DNA from: Aliikangiella sp.
Lineage (GTDB): Bacteria; Pseudomonadota; Gammaproteobacteria; Enterobacterales; Kangiellaceae
Reading direction: 5' to 3'
NCBI GenBank assembly: GCA_965214955.1
Contig: CBDCCU010000014.1
Coordinates: forward strand, 16,631 to 80,630
DNA: 64,000 nucleotides
The stretch's first letter is position 1; the number at the start of each line of letters is the position of its first letter. Shown piece by piece: positions 59,756-64,000 of this stretch. Under the pieces are notes generated by a model. That model did not search any database, was not told the DNA's origin, and saw only the letters and a list, made by a program, of their open reading frames with translations. The position numbers and the translations under genes are program-made.

Positions 59756-62263
59756 ATGAAGTACAAGTTAAAATCCAAAACAACCAAGCTTTTGCTTGCA
59801 ACATCAACGCTAATTTCTAGTGTATTTTGTCTAGCACCAACGCAAGCGGCTGAAGATGCCAGCACTTTTGTGGTTAAAGAAATAGAAGTGAATGGCTTGC
59901 AAAGAATGGAGCTGGGTAATTTTTACAATTTACTCCCCTTACAGGTTGGTGAAACGATTAATCCTGTTCGTGTGCCGATTATTATTCGTGCTATCTATGG
60001 CTCAAATAGCTTTGAAGATGTTCGAGTGTTTCGCGAAGGCGATAAATTAGTTTTTGATCTTAAAGAGCGCCCCACCATCTCTGATATTTCCATTGAAGGT
60101 AACTCTGATATTGAATCAGATCAAATACTCGATGCAATGCGCCGCTCAGGATTTGCCAAAGGTGAAGTGTTTGATCCTTCTGCCATTAAGAGCATTAAAT
60201 TAGGTATTGAAGAGCAATATTTTTCTCATGGTAAGTATTCTATAAAAATTGACGATAAAGTGATTAAGCAGTCGAGAAATCGTGTTTATGTGAAATTTAT
60301 TGTTAATGAAGGTGAGCCTGCAAAAATCCAAAAGATTAGTATTGTGGGCAATGAGTTGTTCGATGAGCAAACACTACTTGACCAATTTGAGTTATCGGTT
60401 GGTGGATTCTTCTCATTTTTCTCGGGTGAAGATCAATACTCTAAAGAAAAGCTCAGTGGCGATTTAGAAACTTTGCGCTCTTATTACTTAGATAGAGGGT
60501 ATCTCACCTATAACAACACCTCAACGCAAGTATCTATATCGCCTGACAGAAAAGGGATTTATGTCACCATTAATATTGATGAAGGTGAAAAATTTAAAGT
60601 GGATGATATTGTTTTTTCGGGCGAGTTAATTTTAACCCAAGAGCAATTAAAAGCCATAATGCCTTTAACTAAAGGTGATACATACTCTGCTGCTGCGGTG
60701 TCTTTTGCCGAAGAGCAAATTAAGCAAAACCTAGGGTATTTTGGTTATGCTTTTGCTAAGGTTGTTACTATTCCTGATGTTAAGGAAGAAGATAAAAAAG
60801 TTAACCTTACTTTATTTATTGAGCCTGGCAAAAAAGTATATGTTAACCGTGTTAACTTTGCGGGTAATGAGTCTACTAATGATGAAGTGGTGCGCCGAGA
60901 AATTCGTTTAATGGAAGGCGGCGCGCTATCTACTCAATCGGTTGAGCGTTCAAAAGTAAGACTACAACGATTAAGCTATCTAGAAGAAGTTAACGTAGAA
61001 ACACCAAAAGTAGAAGAGCGTGAAGATAGAGTTGATGTTAACTATCAGTTAAAAGAGCGTTCAGCAGGTACAATTAGTGGTGGTTTGGGATACAGTGAAC
61101 GATTTGGTTTATCGCTTAATGCCAATGTTAGCCACAATAACTTTATGGGCTCGGGTAAACGTATTCAGTTTGGTATTAACAAAAGTGACTTTATTGAAAG
61201 TTATAATGTGGATTATCAAGATCCTTATTTCACCATTGACGGCGTAAGTGCTGGAATAGGCGCTTATATTCGAGAAACTGACTTTGGTTCTATTAACCTA
61301 TCAACAGGTACATTAGACTCTGCGGGTATAGACTTTTCGATTGGCTATCCGGTTAATGAAGTAACGCGTTTAAATTTTGGGATAGGCTACCAAGATAATA
61401 CGCTTAAATCTGGTAATAACTCGTCACAACAAGTTATTGATTTCTTTGAGGAAAATGGTCAGGATGTTAGGGCTAATCCTGATTTTGAATATAGTTTATT
61501 TAGGTTGAATACAGGATGGAGTAGGAATACGCTTAATCGTGGTATTTTCCCCGACAGAGGTACTAGCCAGACATTATTCTTAAATGCAACCGCCCCAGGT
61601 AGCGATTTAGAGTTTTTCAAAATAGATTATCAAGTTCGCAACTACTTGCCTATTGCTCGCGGTTGGACTTTTATGAGTTCGTTTAGAGCCTCTTATGGTG
61701 ATGGATATGGAGATACTTCAAGATTACCTTACTTTGAAAACTTTAACGCAGGTGGTTCGGGGACTACTCGTGGGTTTGAAACAAACACCATTGGTCCTCG
61801 TTTAATTACTCGCCTGCCACGTTCAGTAAGTGGCCCAATAAATCCTGATACGGGTGAGCCTAGTTCAACCACTCTATTACCACCAGAATTTGACAGAATT
61901 AATGTTGATCGCCGCTCTGCTGGTGGTAACGCAAGATTATTGGGTACTTTGGAGTTGTTTTTCCCTATTCCATTTGCTGAAGAAAGTAATTCACTTAGAA
62001 CGAGCTTTTTTGTTGATGTCGGTAATCTTTGGGATACAGAGTTCGACTTAGAGCAATATCGTGATATTGAAGCGATTAGCCCTGAAGAATTTGCTAAAAT
62101 TTCTGATTATTCTCATCCAGGAACCTATCGTGTTTCGGCGGGTTTTTCGTTACAATGGCTTTCTCCTATGGGACCATTAACAATCAGTTTATCTAAACCG
62201 TTTAAAAGTGAAGAGCTAGATGAGACCGAAACTTTTTCATTTAATGTAGGTCAGACTTTTTAA
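59756..62263 (+). CDS. bamA: Outer membrane protein assembly factor BamA
   Basis: POTRA repeats, beta-barrel, RGF loop-6 motif, C-terminal FNVGQTF. Confidence 0.98.
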   Translation: MKYKLKSKTTKLLLATSTLISSVFCLAPTQAAEDASTFVVKEIEVNGLQRMELGNFYNLLPLQVGETINPVRVPIIIRAIYGSNSFEDVRVFREGDKLVFDLKERPTISDISIEGNSDIESDQILDAMRRSGFAKGEVFDPSAIKSIKLGIEEQYFSHGKYSIKIDDKVIKQSRNRVYVKFIVNEGEPAKIQKISIVGNELFDEQTLLDQFELSVGGFFSFFSGEDQYSKEKLSGDLETLRSYYLDRGYLTYNNTSTQVSISPDRKGIYVTINIDEGEKFKVDDIVFSGELILTQEQLKAIMPLTKGDTYSAAAVSFAEEQIKQNLGYFGYAFAKVVTIPDVKEEDKKVNLTLFIEPGKKVYVNRVNFAGNESTNDEVVRREIRLMEGGALSTQSVERSKVRLQRLSYLEEVNVETPKVEEREDRVDVNYQLKERSAGTISGGLGYSERFGLSLNANVSHNNFMGSGKRIQFGINKSDFIESYNVDYQDPYFTIDGVSAGIGAYIRETDFGSINLSTGTLDSAGIDFSIGYPVNEVTRLNFGIGYQDNTLKSGNNSSQQVIDFFEENGQDVRANPDFEYSLFRLNTGWSRNTLNRGIFPDRGTSQTLFLNATAPGSDLEFFKIDYQVRNYLPIARGWTFMSSFRASYGDGYGDTSRLPYFENFNAGGSGTTRGFETNTIGPRLITRLPRSVSGPINPDTGEPSSTTLLPPEFDRINVDRRSAGGNARLLGTLELFFPIPFAEESNSLRTSFFVDVGNLWDTEFDLEQYRDIEAISPEEFAKISDYSHPGTYRVSAGFSLQWLSPMGPLTISLSKPFKSEELDETETFSFNVGQTF

Positions 62264-62339
62264 TCGGTGTTAAAATCGGATTGATTTATGCCCAGATATT
62301 TTGGGTAAATATGAATTTAGTAAACAATAAGGTGTAAAA

Positions 62340-62843
62340 ATGTTAAAAAAATTAGTTGTTGCCGCATTGGTATTAGCAAGTTCAGTCGTAACTGCGGCAG
62401 ACATCAAAATTGGTGTAGTTGATATTGCAATGGTTGAATCAAAAGCGCCACAAGTTAAGACTATTGGTGAGAAACTAAAAGCTCGCTTTAAAGAGCAGCA
62501 AGACGCATTGGTTGGTCTTAGAGATGAATACCAAAAAATTGCCGATAAAGCTAAAAAAGAAGAAATGACTATGACATTTAGTCAAAAACTAGATGCGTCT
62601 AGAAAGCTAAAAGCATTAGAAGAGCAACTAAAAATGAAGAAAACATTTTTAGATGAAGACGTTTCTTATGCTCAAAAGCAAGAGATCCAAAATATTAGAG
62701 TAAAAATTCAACAAGCGGTGCAAAAAGTGGCGGCCGATGGTAAGTTCGATCTTATCTTATTAAAACAAAGCACTATGTATGCTGGCCCAAGTGTTGATAT
62801 TACTGAGCAAGTTGTAGCAATTATCAGTAACCCTGCTGGTTAA
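62340..62843 (+). CDS. skp: Periplasmic chaperone Skp/OmpH
   Basis: Signal peptide, KIGVVD, helical body, DITEQV; located between bamA and lpxD. Confidence 0.9.
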   Translation: MLKKLVVAALVLASSVVTAADIKIGVVDIAMVESKAPQVKTIGEKLKARFKEQQDALVGLRDEYQKIADKAKKEEMTMTFSQKLDASRKLKALEEQLKMKKTFLDEDVSYAQKQEIQNIRVKIQQAVQKVAADGKFDLILLKQSTMYAGPSVDITEQVVAIISNPAG

Positions 62844-62858
62844 TTTCTGGCTAAATTA

Positions 62859-63890
62859 GTGGTTACAGTTAAAGACATTGCCAAGTTATTAAAGGCTGAA
62901 TATGTTGGTGATGGTTCAAAGGTTATTACTAGTATTAACTCGTTAGAACTAGCTGATGATGAACAGATTTCTTTTTTAGCTGATAGTAAATTTCGTTCAG
63001 CCCTCAACACAACCCAAGCGGGTTGTGTTTTGCTTTCTGAGCAAGATGCCACTCACTATTCGGGCTGCCACATTATTGTTAAAGATCCTTATTTATCTTA
63101 TGCAAAAACAGCTCAATTGCTTGATACTACACCTATTCCTAAACCAGAAATTTCCAGTAAAGCGACAATTTCAAAGTCAGCAACCATTGGTAATAATGTT
63201 TCAATAGCCACCGGTTGCGTAATAGATGACAATGTAATTATCAGTGACAATGTTGTTTTAGGCGCTAATATTTGGGTTGGAGAAAATTCTTATATTGGCA
63301 AAGCAACACGCATTTTCTCAAATGTTTCTATTTATCATAACGTAAAAATTGGTGAATCTTGCTTAATTCATGCTGGTGCTGTTATTGGCTCAGATGGTTT
63401 TGGCTTTGCTAATGAAAAAGGCGACTGGGTTAAAATTCCCCAAATTGGTGGGGTTGAAATTGGTGATAATGTTGAAATTGGCGCCAATGCTTGCATTGAT
63501 AGAGGCGCGCTAAAAAATACCAAAATAGCCAATGGTGTTAAGCTCGATAACTTTTGCCATATTGCCCATAATGTAGAAATTGGTAAAAATGTTGCCATGG
63601 CTGCATACGCTGGTATTGCTGGTAGTACAACTGTTGGTGAATACTCTACCTTTAGTGGTCGCTCAACCATTTTAGGGCATTTAGATATTGCTCCTGGTAC
63701 TCATGTAACAGCGTGTAGTGTTATTAATAAGTCAAATAAAGAGCCAGGTGTGTTTTCGTCGGGTACTGGTATGCAAGACAATAAGTCTTGGCGTAAAAAT
63801 GTGGCTCGATTTAGGCAGTTAGATGATATGGCAAAGCAAATTAAAGCACTTGAAAAACGTCTTAAAAGCTTAGATTCTTCTCAAGATTAG
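62859..63890 (+). CDS. lpxD: UDP-3-O-acylglucosamine N-acyltransferase
   Basis: Hexapeptide repeats, IGSDGFGFA, VKLDNFCHIAHNV. Confidence 0.98.
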   Translation: MVTVKDIAKLLKAEYVGDGSKVITSINSLELADDEQISFLADSKFRSALNTTQAGCVLLSEQDATHYSGCHIIVKDPYLSYAKTAQLLDTTPIPKPEISSKATISKSATIGNNVSIATGCVIDDNVIISDNVVLGANIWVGENSYIGKATRIFSNVSIYHNVKIGESCLIHAGAVIGSDGFGFANEKGDWVKIPQIGGVEIGDNVEIGANACIDRGALKNTKIANGVKLDNFCHIAHNVEIGKNVAMAAYAGIAGSTTVGEYSTFSGRSTILGHLDIAPGTHVTACSVINKSNKEPGVFSSGTGMQDNKSWRKNVARFRQLDDMAKQIKALEKRLKSLDSSQD

Positions 63891-64000
63891 TGCTGTTAAC
63901 TTAACTGAGGATTAAATATTTTCTTTCGGTTTAATTCTCATCTATTCTTACTATTATATTTTTATCTGCGTTAAATATTTTAAAAGGTGATTGGTTTGAG

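Noticed and set aside
63891-64000. Start of fabZ
   Set aside because: Expected by synteny, but no coding sequence is visible before the window ends.

Overview
AT-rich gammaproteobacterial chromosome segment; a marine lineage is an inference from GlyGly-CTERM, DUF3718 and the efflux locus. Core blocks are uvrA-MFS-ssb (4.2-9.1 kb), secA-mutT (48.8-51.9 kb) and rpsB-tsf-pyrH-frr-uppS-cdsA-dxr-rseP-bamA-skp-lpxD (52.2-63.9 kb). An accessory island follows the ssb terminator (about 9.2-18.0 kb). It holds a decayed 5' end of a Y1/HUH transposase, an intact IS256 (8-bp TSD) inside an already truncated tyrosine integrase, and an orphan 3' half of tRNA-Leu(CAA) that looks like an att site. It also holds a translationally coupled 5-gene operon (3-TM membrane protein, twitch/SPASM radical SAM, P-loop kinase, second radical SAM with a Cys-depleted C-terminal domain, GT-B glycosyltransferase) and an intact Y1 transposase element with about 50-bp inverted ends that carries a captured enoyl-CoA hydratase (PaaG-like) 3' fragment. 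The operon is the best candidate for an undescribed system: modified nucleoside/nucleotide synthesis, possibly antiphage. The middle region has c-di-GMP genes, MocR/EamA, a 1512-aa GlyGly-CTERM surface protein, thrB, an S9 peptidase, a DsbA-like protein, a structured MITE and a sigma54-type MacAB-like efflux locus. Five frameshifts (thrB, S9 peptidase x3, dxr) are each explained by one extra base in a homopolymer and are probably sequencing artefacts. Family assignments come from motif recognition by eye; no database searches or computations were run.
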